Assembly (NCBI GenBank): GCA_964035575.1
Contig: OZ037836.1
Location: 248,001-312,000, forward strand
DNA: 64,000 nucleotides
Origin: Rhynchopus sp. YZ270_cl-10
Taxonomy: Eukaryota
Direction: 5' to 3'
Below, piece by piece: positions 24,801 through 35,520 of this stretch (position 1 is the first letter of the stretch; every line of letters starts with the position of its first letter). The translations under genes and the position numbers were made by a program. Under the pieces are notes generated by a model. That model saw only the letters and a list, made by a program, of their open reading frames with translations, did not search any database and was not told the origin of the DNA.

Positions 24801-26197
24801 TCGTTCAGGTCTGCAGCTGAGAGGTTCGGGTCGTGGCACGTCTGTCCTGCCTCCGTGCACACCGCGTCCACCTTCGCATCCATGCATTCGTCAAGAACGC
24901 ACACTGTTACTGACGCCACTGCCGCACCGCCGACAGAAGGTGGCGGGCAAGTGCACTCCCAATCGCCTGCCTTCTTCTTGTCTAGGTCCACACAATTCTG
25001 GCCCTGCTCCGTGCAGGTGGAGGAATACACGGTGCACTCATCCAGCGTACACTCTGCTGCCTTACCATAAGATGTCCCGCTGGCCGGTGCAATGCAGTTG
25101 CAGACCCAGTTCGCGAGGCTGATATGGTCCATGTTATGGTCAGTGCAGGACTGTCCTGCAGAGGCGCAGGTGTGGTTGTGCGTTGATGTGGTGGCGCAGG
25201 TGGGGCATGTGGCAGTGCATTCGTCGAGGATGCACACCGCGGGCTGGTTGTCGCCAGGGGTGCCGACAGCAGGGGCCAGGCAGCCGCACTGGAAAAGGCC
25301 GTCATGCGGAGTGGTGTCGATGCAGCTTTGTCCGTCTACATGACAGATGTCCCCGTTGGTTTCGCAGTCGCTAGGAGGGTACTTGCACAGAGCAGGCTGC
25401 ATGGTCGCGGGTGCGCCTGTGGTAGGGGGGACGCAGCTGCACTGCCATGTGTCAAGTTTGTCGACGTCGAGGTCACTGCAGATCTGCCCCACCGATTCGC
25501 AGGTAAGGCTTTGCGTTGTGCATTCGTCGAAAAAACAATCCGCAACAGCCCTCCCAACAGCGGCCACGCGAGGCTGGAGCATGGGACACACACACTCCCA
25601 GTCCCCAGACACGCTTGGGTCGTTGTCTTCGCATGTCTGTCCCGCAGCCGTGCAGACATCAGAGTAGTCGTCGCACTCATTAGGGCACTTCGCAGGTGCA
25701 CCGTCCTTGGAGACCTTGTTGTTCGGTGGCGGGCAGATACACCTCCAGAAGCCGGTCATTGTGGGCTCCTGGTCTAAGCACGTCTGGCCTGAGTTTGTGC
25801 AGACGGGGCCGTACGTCAGACATTCGTCATAAGAGCAGTCCTTAACAGGCGACGCGACAGCGGGCGTGCCACTGTACGGTGCCGTGCACACACAGACCCA
25901 GTCGCCCACCGCATTGATCCCCTTGTCAGGGTCGTCACACTGCTGACCGTACTGTGCGCAGGTGTCCTCGTTTAAGTCACATTCGTTTATGGTGCATGTT
26001 GCTGCCCCTTCGTGCTTGCCGTACTTCTCGTCGGGTGGTGGGCAGTAGCACTTCCAGAAACCGGGCCATGTCGGCTCCAGGTCTACGCACGTCTGGCCTG
26101 CGTCCGTGCAGATGTAGCCGTGCACCAGACACTCATCCTCATCAGCACCCTGCACGCACACAGCAGCCGCAGCCAGGGTCACGACAAGGACTCTCAT
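12811..26197 (-). CDS. Cys-rich repeat type-I membrane protein, gene 3 (4 exons: 26197-22024, 15636-15496, 15343-14808, 14550-12811; ~2196 aa)
   Basis: Signal peptide MRVLVVTLAAAAVCVQG; GTATG..CAG introns join the ORF pieces in frame (6591 nt); first two intron positions match gene 1; TM and tail nearly identical to gene 1. Intron 1 (22023-15637) contains the transposon nest. Confidence 0.8.
13190..14095 (-). repeat. Coding tandem repeat, 45-bp unit (PDTLAPGTTASPTAV), about 20 copies, mucin-like stalk
   Basis: Directly visible 15-aa repeat in ORF 12811-14655. Confidence 0.95.
15723..19095 (+). mobile_element. Apparently autonomous hAT transposon (3373 bp)
   Basis: TIR cagggtcctcaacc / ggttgaggaccctg; 8-bp TSD gggttttt (15715-15722, 19096-19103); subterminal tgtctaagtt/aacttagaca motifs; encodes a full transposase. 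Confidence 0.93.
15982..18828 (+). CDS. hAT-superfamily transposase (ZNF862/ZMYM-like), 948 aa
   Basis: Zn finger FKCLYC...H...H; GLSGDCSRDVSKKEQLVFVVRY (first D); CSFDGASAM (second D); CYAH (CxxH); TRW; IPVTSVEDERCF (catalytic E and hATC dimerisation region). Confidence 0.93.
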   Translation: MPATAKTSKAQPTIVSMFKKGAVAAPVVRVVEPNKGDTHYDLWSSGKYKSIPDGPTPRLASLHLFLVAEGTVRGFKNHQNDTNKVLKLWLKEFDRAKLADDDREGSKRKTILTIVAEAHEFAMNEAEKGGDSDASAVSVQSQVSQGKKVKKRVVMMAPQVSAVKYVDSTSEEEEEEQCVPVRRNAASEQPEAAMEIDDVDEYSSDGDVVFLGPTHSNTNNPNLTNTTTAPANTDSTNTLKRKREAQEKGCMGLRESTVQGHLNRFSPWLVVGEDKFKCLYCGAFSHAKTKLARDLPAHAGDPKHQRLVKAAALQASNGTVLHTLHANSDKEVEFNQKMLKICIEVIVFLARKGVGHSNLEEFLSFFADKLECTDMEAYLRQQIRYLSCGAVLEIMSCITEVLTEDLLKQVKASRFWGLSGDCSRDVSKKEQLVFVVRYMVGATPVEKLIMMGELKDQTGAGYASLLTKWIDQLGLDYGKMSGCSFDGASAMRSSNKGCQQQIRADINPGALFTWCYAHSLALCGPEAAAEGKSPEITRFFDGLRWVWVFFSGSKIKLDTLEEMLEELRDLCEYCDILIAKPGDTRWLTNGRCCSTVRKEYPAVHSALCKLGEAGDVEAPFIAQHIKEPGFFATLSFMTVVLDELNVLSTSLQSRNTNLLTVCSHIDKCVASLSLLETNPNMFPFYPEWVPRYNQCHGTKLSRRNFAIHHDTVCKPYLKELLKCLSERFVNMDIVRCFSVFDIRNLPANADGLAIYGNTEVKKLIEEFTELHTLEYKKYDVVGEKTRGRPEYSKTEHTVISRTQTTPLLSVDTTPFVEESPELNSLETKKAVAVKEWRILVDVLSKRTTTKDTSDLIATFLTSSAGDAYPIMRDLVLLGLSIPVTSVEDERCFNGMKYVKNSYRNKLLDSSLLCILMCKQAETNENKFTPDQIQRIFEAFKRKKVRVSV
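19361..20077. mobile_element. Innermost inverted-repeat element containing a 41-bp tandem array
   Basis: IR tacctac(c)n-gtgtatatgtcc / ggacatatacac(g)n-taggta; related ends at ~42110-42197 and ~43549-43610; no TSD other than a possible TA. Confidence 0.65.
19726..19955. repeat. Tandem array, ~41-bp unit (ccgctcgctNcgctcgcggaggtacacctt-A/T tract), 6 copies
   Basis: Directly visible; same unit as 42888-43430 in opposite orientation. Confidence 0.92.
20321..21064 (+). CDS. OTU-like cysteine protease (deubiquitinase) domain ORF; first in-frame ATG at 20540 (174 aa); may be a 5'-truncated remnant
   Basis: IIKVEGDGECQFSAMA (OTU DGxC loop); FRIKVVNEM; YDDYCAKM...TYGDHRTL (equivalent of WG..E); GIWVY; HHYDIL (catalytic His-Tyr-Asp). 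Confidence 0.78.
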   Translation: MGGAPPGVVPPVFLSCNDDASAGQDEHEGTQKLTGKRRAENAGDHRDGDPKKARIGESIEEDPVRRIVRWEECMKNMAASLDGSIIKVEGDGECQFSAMAHGTDDSGSQFRIKVVNEMSKNAYYRDSYAPEPMSADPASYDDYCAKMSLKKTYGDHRTLVAGSDILQVGIWVYNVVSYFFEYSVRNDIPRNSFLFFTYRPHHYDILNIATKFEERLKELCRTEVHRVSLEDLQSNPQHSPAAPVARV

Positions 26198-26272
26198 CGG
26201 CTTCGCCTTTGCGATAATCTCTGAAAGCTGTGGACTGTGTTTTCCTGTTGTGGGGGGTGCTGAGGGGGGGGT

Positions 26273-27876
26273 TAGGGGCTATCAAATGCTGTATAATTTT
26301 GGGTACAAATGACATTTTTTCGAATTTTTTAGAAAACGTGTTTCTAAGTGTTTTCGACCGGAAAATGTGGTACATACCCCCCAAAAAACTACCTGTGCCC
26401 CGTTTTTTCACCATTTTGTGCATCTGCGAAACTTTTTTTTCGCATTTTTCGAAAAAATCTCAAAAACTGGGCACACCTAGGTACCTAAGTGTGCCCATAT
26501 TCTAGGATAGATGATATGTCAACAAAGGCACGCTGCTCTCCCTCAAACCCCCCAGTTCGCCACAAAATACCACACCGGGGTTGAATTCGATCAAAATCTT
26601 GCTGCCACATTCAGTACTTAGACATTCCGAAGCAACTAATTTTATCCACCAAAAAGGCGCTTTTCTCCTACTAATGGGGGGCCCATAGGGGTGTCCAATG
26701 AGGGGGCCCAAGTTTGTGCGCCAAATCGGCAACAAATATGGATGGAAACTGAGCCAAGCTGCAAACCTGACACCGCAGTATGATTTCCTCAGCGGGGAAG
26801 TTAAGAAGGGCACCTTATACGTTGTTGGCGGCAATGCTATGAAGGTATTTTGCCCCAGCCTCTAAACCAGCACTTTCAGCTGCGTCAGTGGTGTGTCTGT
26901 GGTGGTACCTCTCCTCAGTGAAATTATTGAAGTGCGATAAAAACCAAGAAGGTGAGTTGTCGGCTTCTGAAGCACGTCCCCACTTCTCCACGTTAAAGAG
27001 TTGGCTAACTACATTGTCAAATTTATAAGCAACTCCAAACTCCCACCGTGGTTCCCTGAATCCTACGTGTCCAGCATCAACTGCACACTGAAGCCAGCCC
27101 AACAGACACAGTGTGCCAAGCTTATCAGGGAAGGGACAGCAGCCATGATTCCCACCCTCACACGAGTTGTGGCTAAAGACGAACAGCAGTTTGTGGAGAA
27201 CAAACAGCGTACGAGGTAGCGCCACATTCGAACGATTTTACGGAATATTCGTATGCAACGTTTGCGCAACTCTCTGACCGTCTGCCAGGAGCTAACTCTC
27301 TGCATACGTCCCAAATTGCGCAGTACAAGCAAAACTCCGGTACCGCGCGCGCTTTAGGAATCCCCCTTGTGCGCTATGAAGTGGTCAAGAAGTTCCAAGG
27401 ACCACAGCGCGCTCCAGCCTGCAGATCAGGTTTGGGGAGAGGTGCACGCGGTGAGCTCGACAAGAATACGGACGAAGCTGAAGGACGTGTTAATGGATGA
27501 CTTGAAGGAAGAAGCCGAATCAATAGACTTAAGTCCCGATGGGCGCTGAGGGATGCTTGTCGAGGTCAGAATCGACAATAAAATGTGAACCCCCTTCCGT
27601 CCCTCACAGGAGGACTCCAAAGCGCAAATTGTCATAATCAAGCCCCGTATCTTCAAAAAAAGCATGTACTGAAGGGCACACATAGGTACCTAGGTGTGCC
27701 CAGAAAATCGAAAAAGTGAAAAAAAGGTCTCTAATCACCCCAAAACCGGGTTTTTTGGGCTCATGCGTCATTTTTATGGGGCTGTGGGGTGGATTTCATC
27801 ATCAGAAGACATAGAAACACGTTTTTTATTTGAACTTGAAAAAAAGCCCAATGTTACCCCCATTTGATAGCCCCTA
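26273..27876. mobile_element. Non-autonomous TIR element just upstream of gene 3
   Basis: 16-bp TIR taggggctatcaaatg / catttgatagccccta; flanking direct repeat gaggggggggt (11 bp); palindromic subterminal gggcacac..aggtacct..gtgtgccc at ~26469 and ~27674. Confidence 0.85.
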
Positions 27877-30800
27877 GAGGGGGGGGTGTGGGTCAGGGGG
27901 AAAATAATAATGAAAAAAAAACCCCCTTTCATCTTTTTGTTTGGTTCCGCTGCTCACCGTCGTACGCTTCGAAATGAGGGGAAGGGGGAAAACAAAACAG
28001 CTCAGACATTTAAATCATTTTCCACAAAGTATGTGACATTGCTTTGTGTGACTGAGTGTGGGGATGAGTTTAAGAATTAAACTCTTCTCCCAGAAACCTC
28101 CTTTTGTCTCTGGGTTTCTTTATCCAAACGTCATGTGGATGCGTAATAATTCTTGGCTTCATCAGACGAATCAGTACACGTACCGCAGTAAGGAAAACAA
28201 CCATGGATCATACGGGTTTGCTTCTCTCCGGTATGTTTCGAGAGAACAAAACATTTCCCCAAAATTTGCAACATAATTTTTTTGTCCCTCAGATAGACAG
28301 CCGATGAATAGCTACATTTCTTTACCCTCAGTACCACAGGCCAAGGATCACCTCCTCTTCAGTCAGCATTCCCAACTTTCAACTCTCTCTCTCTACTCTG
28401 ACACCCTCCTTAGACCCTATACCCTATGAACACCATAATGTTATTTTGTCATTTTCATTGGTGTGGCCTACGACCCCCAAAAATAGCAGAAAAATAGCAG
28501 AACAAAATAGCATGCCAGGGCAGCGACATCCGGATACTAAGATGGATGGGAAAAGGATTTGCCTCATCCTGTACCCGCAGCCGATGCGAGAGCTGATTTG
28601 TTGGGTTTTGTCGGATTTGTCCACCGAGTACTCCTTGGGAGAGGTGCTCAGAGGGGTCGCACGGTGATGTGTCACGACAAACGTCGTACTGTGCAAATGA
28701 ATGATCGTATCTGTGTTTTTTGTTTTGTTTTGTTTAGAAGTCAATAATAGTCTCATATTGTTCCCCCACAACCATTCAGGGCAAGGCAAGGTAAATCATA
28801 TTGACTTTCGGGTAGGATTTCGTGGGTTGATGGTTAAAAAAAGGGGTGGGGGGTTGGGTGCAGGTGAGAAGCGCGATGAGATAGCGGTGCAAGCACGCAT
28901 TCTGTTGCCACATGCCAGAATGCACCTCGAGGCTAGGCGGCAAAACTCCACAGCTTGGACAGCAAGAAGTTAACCAAAGTGCGGGCCTGCGCTCACACCA
29001 TACTTCTGGAATTGAATGAGAAGCACCAAACGGTGGCCTACGCACCGTGCTGCAGAGACAAGCATGCTGCCATCATGCAGAAAGACGAACGGTGGAGGGT
29101 GCTGGAAAAGAACTGTCGAAGAAGTGCACCACAAAGAACACAGCTACCTACCTATGAGCATGTGGACAAAGAAGAGGGGAGGACCTCGCCTCTTTAATCG
29201 GTGCAACATCTTGTCACCTTTAGACATACGCGAACGTTTCGCGACTGCAAGGAGGTACGATGGCAAACCTGTGAAGGTGTTATCTGAGAACGTCGCGACT
29301 GAGGAAGCGAAAGCTTACGAAGCTCCTGGAGGAGCAGGTCGGGTTGGGCACACCGATGATGACACGCGACGCACGCCGAGAACAACGAAAAGGAGCTCTG
29401 GAAGGCACACAGGGGGAGGTAAATGTTCCCCCTGTACTTGCTGAACCTGAGGTTGTGTCTCAATTTTGTTTCAGCTCGAAACTAAACTGAACCGGTTGGG
29501 TTATGTGGAAGAGTTCTTGCGAATATTGTTGTGCTACGTGTGTTCCTCCACCGCAGTGGCAAAACGAGCTGCTTGACGCCATGGGATGCAACAGGAAGTT
29601 GCCAAAGAGAGACTCCCGCGTATTGGGTCTCCGCGAACTCTTTTTGCGGGACTGCGTTTTCGTCCGTGCCTTTGGTTCGTGGAAAGTCGGTCGTAGCGAG
29701 ATACCAAGGATCGAGTCAGACACAGCTGAAGAAAGGACAAATCGTTCGCACCTCCACTTGACGGCTCATCGTGTGAGCACAGGTGACATGTTGAAAGAGC
29801 ATGTATTGTTGTCGTCGCAAAAATAGGCACACGACGCAATTCACCTCGAGTCTGCCCTTCACAGTTACCAGTTGCTGGCCTCTCGTGGTGGTGAATGAGC
29901 GGGCAGTACCCGTAGTACCGTTTACGTACTTTGCGAAGCGTTGTTGATGATGGCAGATGGGAAGATGTCGCTAGTATATGTAGTCCTTAGCTTATATCCA
30001 AAAAATGCTCGAGAGACTCGTTCCTCTTTGCTTGTTGCTCAAAAGACTATAAACGGGGGGGAAAAAAGTAAAAGTTGTTTGTTGTTCGCTTCCACATTCT
30101 TTTTTTTTTCTTCTTCGACTTGATTTACGATATGGTTGTGTTTGCCTGAAGTACAGAAAGTGTCGTGGAGCACAGGGGGGAAAAGAGGGGGAAACAAGCG
30201 GGGAGCGGGATACGCAGACGCGCGACTTTTCACGAGGGTCTCGAGCATTTTGTCAAATACTACGTGTTTACTTTAGCTTGCTAAAGAGATTTGCCGTACA
30301 AATATGGCTGTAGAAATAGGCCAATTTTTTTGTGAAAATGGGGGTCGGGGACCTTGTATTTAGAAAAATTGCTGGGTAATTTTTTTCCAAAAAAAATGAC
30401 GTATTTGGACGTTTTCGCGCTCGATCTTCCCAAACAAAAAAAAACCAACAGCTATTTTTCACAACCTGGTCTGGTTACTTTACCCACTCAGCCAAAAAGT
30501 GGGATTTTCCAAAACTGATTCTTGTATTTGAGGGCGTTGTTTTTGCTCTAATTGCCCGAAATAGCGTTTTTCGAACCGAATGACCCCCTCCTCTGAGTTC
30601 ACCATATTTTTGCTCGATTTATTTAGTGGAGTAGAACCCCACTAAACAGCTATTTAAACCCGAAAACACACATTCAAAATAAATAGTGTAAAAAAAAAAA
30701 GCGAAACAAGGGGAGGAAATGACCTGAAGAAGGAACATACCTGTAAGAGCTTCATCATTCATGAGAGGAGCCATGAGTCCGCTATCATGTCTAATTCGCA

Positions 30801-30939
30801 CCGCATTGCCCTTACTCAGCGTGGTAAAGGTCTGCAGATGGGAGAGTGCCTGGAATATCAAAAGTGTCACCACGAAACATAGCGTTGTCTGTCACCTGCT
30901 CGAGAGGAGCCACATCGCACCGCCTGCATTGATATTGTA

Positions 30940-31047
30940 TGGAACCTGCCCCGTGAAATTGTCCCCCCCCTCTGACCCCCTTGAAATTGTCCGTCGGGGT
31001 AAAATACCGGTTTTTTTGGGGGGGGACAATTTCACGGGGAGGGTCGG
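30940..31047. mobile_element. Short MITE (same family as 37108-37336)
   Basis: IR ccccgtgaaattgtccccccc / gggggggacaatttcacgggg; shared internal aaaataccggttttt. Confidence 0.7.
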
Positions 31048-33775
31048 TATGGAAATATTGTAAGGTGGGGGAATCACCACTTCTTGCAGTGCTTCCTCGT
31101 CACACCTAAAGCGTCGTCACACACATTGAAATGCTAGCAATATGCAATACACTGCTGCCATCTATCCCATTCGAGAGTAGTTACGCACAACTAATTTGCG
31201 AGGAAAGTGCCAACGTCGTACACTTCCAACCGTGCTCCGCAACACCACCCCGGCAGGTGAGAATTAGTGTGTTGTGGAAGCGTCAACGCATCAAACAACT
31301 ACGAGTATAGGGGGGTGAGGGAACGACAAGAGACACTTTCTGGTGTCGCAGACATTTTCCATTTCTGAAATACATAGCAAGTGTTTTGAAAGGGTATACA
31401 ATGTGAGACGGTGCTGAGTACAGTGAAAGCAGGAAAAATGAGGGAAGGAAAAATAAACGTGTATGTGTGTGTGTGGAATCCTGTAAAATAATAAAAAAAA
31501 CCCCGTTCGTCTTGTTGTTTAGTTGGTACGCTACCCACGTCATACGCAAAAAAAAGTGGAATTCGGAAGAATAGAGCAAGAGGTGTACCACCTCATTTGG
31601 TACACTGTTCATGTATACACTTGGTGAGTTGCTCGATGCGTTGGAGCGAGAATTAGCACAGACGGAAGGAGACGGTAATGGAACGGGGGAAGAGTTGTGT
31701 GTATGGGGAGTCTGTTTGTTGTTTTTGCTTTTTTCTTTTCAAAATATAAACTCCAGCAGAATGTTGATTGTTGAAAAGCACTCCCTGCTGACAGAGCACC
31801 CCCCTTGCATTCTTTCATAAACATTTTAAAAAAAAATTCTTTGAAAAAGTGAAGTTGAAAAAGTGCAAAACGTCTCGAAGAGGTCATACACCACTTTTTT
31901 CATAAAGAACAGTCGCATTTGATTTTTATTAACTGCTCCTATTTTTCGGATTTGGGGGAGAGGGAGAGAAAGCCGTGCATGCATTAAAAGCATTTGCAAC
32001 GGCAAGAAACACAACAAAAAGATGATGAAATGTAAAACGGAAAACCCGCGTGAAGAAGGGCACCATGGCTTGGTGCATGCGCGGGGACTAATTAACATCA
32101 ACTCAAAAAAAAAAAGGAAGAAAACAATAATGAAATAGCATAGCACACATATTGAACCATAGGGTCATCACAAAAAGGATGCCAATAAGAAGGAACAATA
32201 ATTGGTTGTGCAGCAATTTTGAGGCAATAAACAAAACTGATTTTTTCCGTAACGTCCCACTTTCACATTGAAGCAGGAAAAAATAGAGCAGAGGGGTAGT
32301 GTAAACAAAAATTGTTTTTTGATAAAACAACTTGTTGTCAATTCTAAAAAGATTGGAGGCAGCGCTGCAGGGCAAACAAAACGGATTGAAAAAAAACAGA
32401 AGCTTGCTTGTTTTCTTTGAGTACTCAATTAACCACAACAACCGTACTTCAGTTTAACACATTTTTTCACCTTTTTGTTTTCCCGGCTTTGACCGCACAA
32501 ACAAAAGACCCGATCTTTTTTCACTGGAACCTACTTCTTGGAAGATTCCATCGTAAAAAATATTTTGCCGGACGGTGAATCCGACGTAAAAAAGGAAGAA
32601 AAAAAGGTGAAGTTGAAACGTGCACATCTCATATAGAGCTCACCTCTAGGACGCGTCCTCTACCAGCTGAACGGGAAAATCAGTTTGCGATACGTTTCGG
32701 GGGAGGGGGGAAAAAGGCAAATAAGGTCGAATGGAGCAGATCAGCTCCCCAGTTGAGGATTTGTGAGGAAGTGATACAGTATTTGTGGAAAATATTCTGG
32801 CTACTATTGTGGATTCTTGGGTTTGAAACGCTCTCCTGTTGATTCTTTTTTTGACAAGGCGCAGAAAACCCGATAAAAAAGAAAAATTTATAAGATGACT
32901 CCAAACCTCTCGTGCTTAGTAACCTTGGAAAAAAAAACACAATGTTGCAAAGGAACAGAACTGAAACACCCCTAGGCTAAGATTGTTGAGGGTGTTCCAG
33001 GTTTCCCCAGAATATTTTCCGGAAAAAAAAGGGATAAAAATAAGAAAAAATATCTAAAATGGGTATGTTTTGAATGCCGAACCAAGGTTCAGGCAAGTGG
33101 TAAGAAGAAAAGTTTTGGGCCCACTGAGGAGTCATTTATAGAGGAGCGACAAAATATTTTTATTGGTACAACACGGGTGTCCAAAAACCCATTTTACATT
33201 ATGGCTTATTGTAAGAAAAGAGGCAATGAACAGCAAATGGGAGAATGGCATTTTTAGCACGAAACGCCTTTTGTGTAATACCGTATACGAAATGGATGTT
33301 TCAAGCAAGGTAGGTGAACTGCTGGCAAGCAGAAAAAGCTCGTCCCCGTCGTCTCATATTTTATTGTTCACTTTGTCAAAATCTCTTTGTTTTTCTCTTT
33401 GTCTATTTTTCCTGCATTTTTTATTCTCTTCTTTGTACTTTCTTTTGTTTTGGTTGTTCTTAGATACGCTCAATCGCCTCGCCACGAAAAATTTTGAAAA
33501 AAGGTGTCGTTTGAGAAAAACAAACAAACGGACGCGCTGTGTGAAAAACGAGTGTTTCTCTGCGCGTGATATTTTGTGGGGAAGAATAAAACATTATGAA
33601 AAAAGCTCGTTGCGTTCCCACTATCGTTTCCGCTGCGCTCTCACTAGCGTTCCCACTCCATTCGGTTTTCTCTTACTTAGAAAAAAAAACAGGTATTTTA
33701 CAGTCAAGAAAATATGAAAACAGCAAAATAGGAAGTCTTCAAGAATATCATTTTTGCATGAAAACGCCTCTTATT

Positions 33776-35158
33776 TTAATAAGATATGGAGAGAGTCACC
33801 TTCTCCGCAAGGTAGCTGTCTGCTGCGTCAAAGGCGGAAAAGAGATCATTGTAAAACCCGTGTTTGTCGGTTTCGCGCTTGGCTGCGTTCTTCAGAGTGT
33901 TGTGGTGGATCCACTCGTAGGAGTTGGGTTGGTAGAACAACTGGGCATTCCACCGCCACATCCCTTTGTTGGGCATTTGAAAGTGCTCGAGATGGCGACA
34001 GGACAGCAGCTTCCCATACATGAAGTGGTCGATAGAGTGGAGGGTCGAGCATATGAACAACAGCTCCGGGTGCACCGCCACTCTGTGTCTGTGAACACAC
34101 CGGAACGTCGCTGCGCGGGCCTCGAGGAGAAACCTTCCTACACGAGAATAGGGAAGCAGCTTTGAAAGAGACTTTGTTGAGTGCCGTGGTAGTTGGAGCC
34201 GGGAGTTGGACACCAGCACCTCTTGGAACCAATCTACCCCTTCACGGAAGAATACCCCTGGCCAAAAGTGCGCTTTGTGGTTAAGGCTTTGGCTGTGCTG
34301 GAAGACTTCGTCGTATTGAGTAGAGCCGTCTTTGTGAGCGTACAACGCATCGTTAAACGAATGAACCAATGGGTGGTTGTACGTCGCCGCAACCAACGCC
34401 AGAAGAGACAGCATCTCGGTCTCACTTTCAATGTCAATGGTATTATATTTGAATTCTTTGATCTCCCTTGCCTTGACATCAATCAGCACACTCAATACCT
34501 GTGAGTAGTCCCCCGGGTACATAGGCGAAGCGAAATTCTCTAGGTGCAGTCTGTACACTTCTTCTCCCCCTTCAGGGGCAAGAAAAATGATGAAACTGGT
34601 TTCGAGGATATAGTCAACAACAGGCTCCATGCTTGGCGGCTTCAAAATGTTTCCTGTCGTGAACGGCCAGTAGTGGACCCGGAGCATGTAGTAGGAACAC
34701 CATACGATGTGCACGATATAGTTGAGTTTGATCAGTGTAAAGCGGATGATATGCATGGCAGAGATGCAGGTTGGGTTAAATATCTGAACTGCAAGCAGTT
34801 CTGGGCGCACAAGGGGTTTCTCTCTCGAGTTGATCACAAAATAGTCTGCAAGCCCGATGACGACTTCGTACGCTGTGACTGCCAACAGGGCTTTGAGGGC
34901 CACGATAACCCATCCCGACACCCACTGTCGTGCGGAACCGGATGCTGCCCCCTCTGCTCGCTCACGAGAGGCTCCAGATACTGAGTCAAGCGTAGTGTTC
35001 CTCTGAAGGCCCTCTGTAGTGTTGCCTATTCCTTCTACCTTCCCAATGTGCATCTCCACATCTGCCATGCGGCCATAGGAAGTGGCAACTATCGGAGTAG
35101 AGCTCATCCCATGTGCAACACTGAAGAGCACTGCGCACACCGCCACCTTTCCAATCAT
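33776..35158 (-). CDS. Hypothetical 460-aa membrane/secreted protein with His motifs (possible non-heme metal enzyme)
   Basis: Long GC-richer ORF in AT-rich flanks; signal-like MIGKVAVCAVLFSVAHG; hydrophobic segments; motifs NHPLVHS and LHSIDHF; C-terminus SISY. Confidence 0.75.
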   Translation of the reverse strand: MIGKVAVCAVLFSVAHGMSSTPIVATSYGRMADVEMHIGKVEGIGNTTEGLQRNTTLDSVSGASRERAEGAASGSARQWVSGWVIVALKALLAVTAYEVVIGLADYFVINSREKPLVRPELLAVQIFNPTCISAMHIIRFTLIKLNYIVHIVWCSYYMLRVHYWPFTTGNILKPPSMEPVVDYILETSFIIFLAPEGGEEVYRLHLENFASPMYPGDYSQVLSVLIDVKAREIKEFKYNTIDIESETEMLSLLALVAATYNHPLVHSFNDALYAHKDGSTQYDEVFQHSQSLNHKAHFWPGVFFREGVDWFQEVLVSNSRLQLPRHSTKSLSKLLPYSRVGRFLLEARAATFRCVHRHRVAVHPELLFICSTLHSIDHFMYGKLLSCRHLEHFQMPNKGMWRWNAQLFYQPNSYEWIHHNTLKNAAKRETDKHGFYNDLFSAFDAADSYLAEKVTLSISY

Positions 35159-35282
35159 ATTTGAGGATAAAAGTTGAGGAGGGGTGCAATACCTGAAAGG
35201 TAGAGTGGGGTCATGGGACACTCTAGTACTCTACACGGTACGTTTAAAAAAGAGGGAGGGTTAACTTTATTTTTGCTTTTAT

Positions 35283-35520
35283 GATCCCATGCAATGCTAA
35301 AAGGAAATTGAACACCGTACCCCTACTCCCTTCCTTTTTCCATTTTTTCTAATCCGGGGCGGGTTGGAGTAGAGCCACATTTCACCGACAGGCCAAGATG
35401 TGTGCATTTCACCACAACCTCTCCCTTTTGTCTTTATTGTTTTTATTGCTTCATTGTTTGCGGGGGGTGGGGGAAAAATATAAAAAGGAAAAGTAGGAGT
35501 GCGGTTTCAATTTTACTTCA
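35283..35520. repeat. Dispersed repeat (second copy ~38006-38218)
   Basis: Shared catgcaatgctaaaa...ttttctaatccggggcgggttggagta...gtttgcgggggt...taggagtgcggtttcaattt. Confidence 0.8.

Noticed and set aside
26500..27670. Possible transposase remnant inside the 26273-27876 element
   Set aside because: Only short ORFs with no recognisable DDE or Zn-finger motif.
27900..33700. Short ORFs in the 28-33.7 kb region
   Set aside because: No recognisable motifs or consistent exon chain; may be decayed coding or mobile DNA but cannot be supported.
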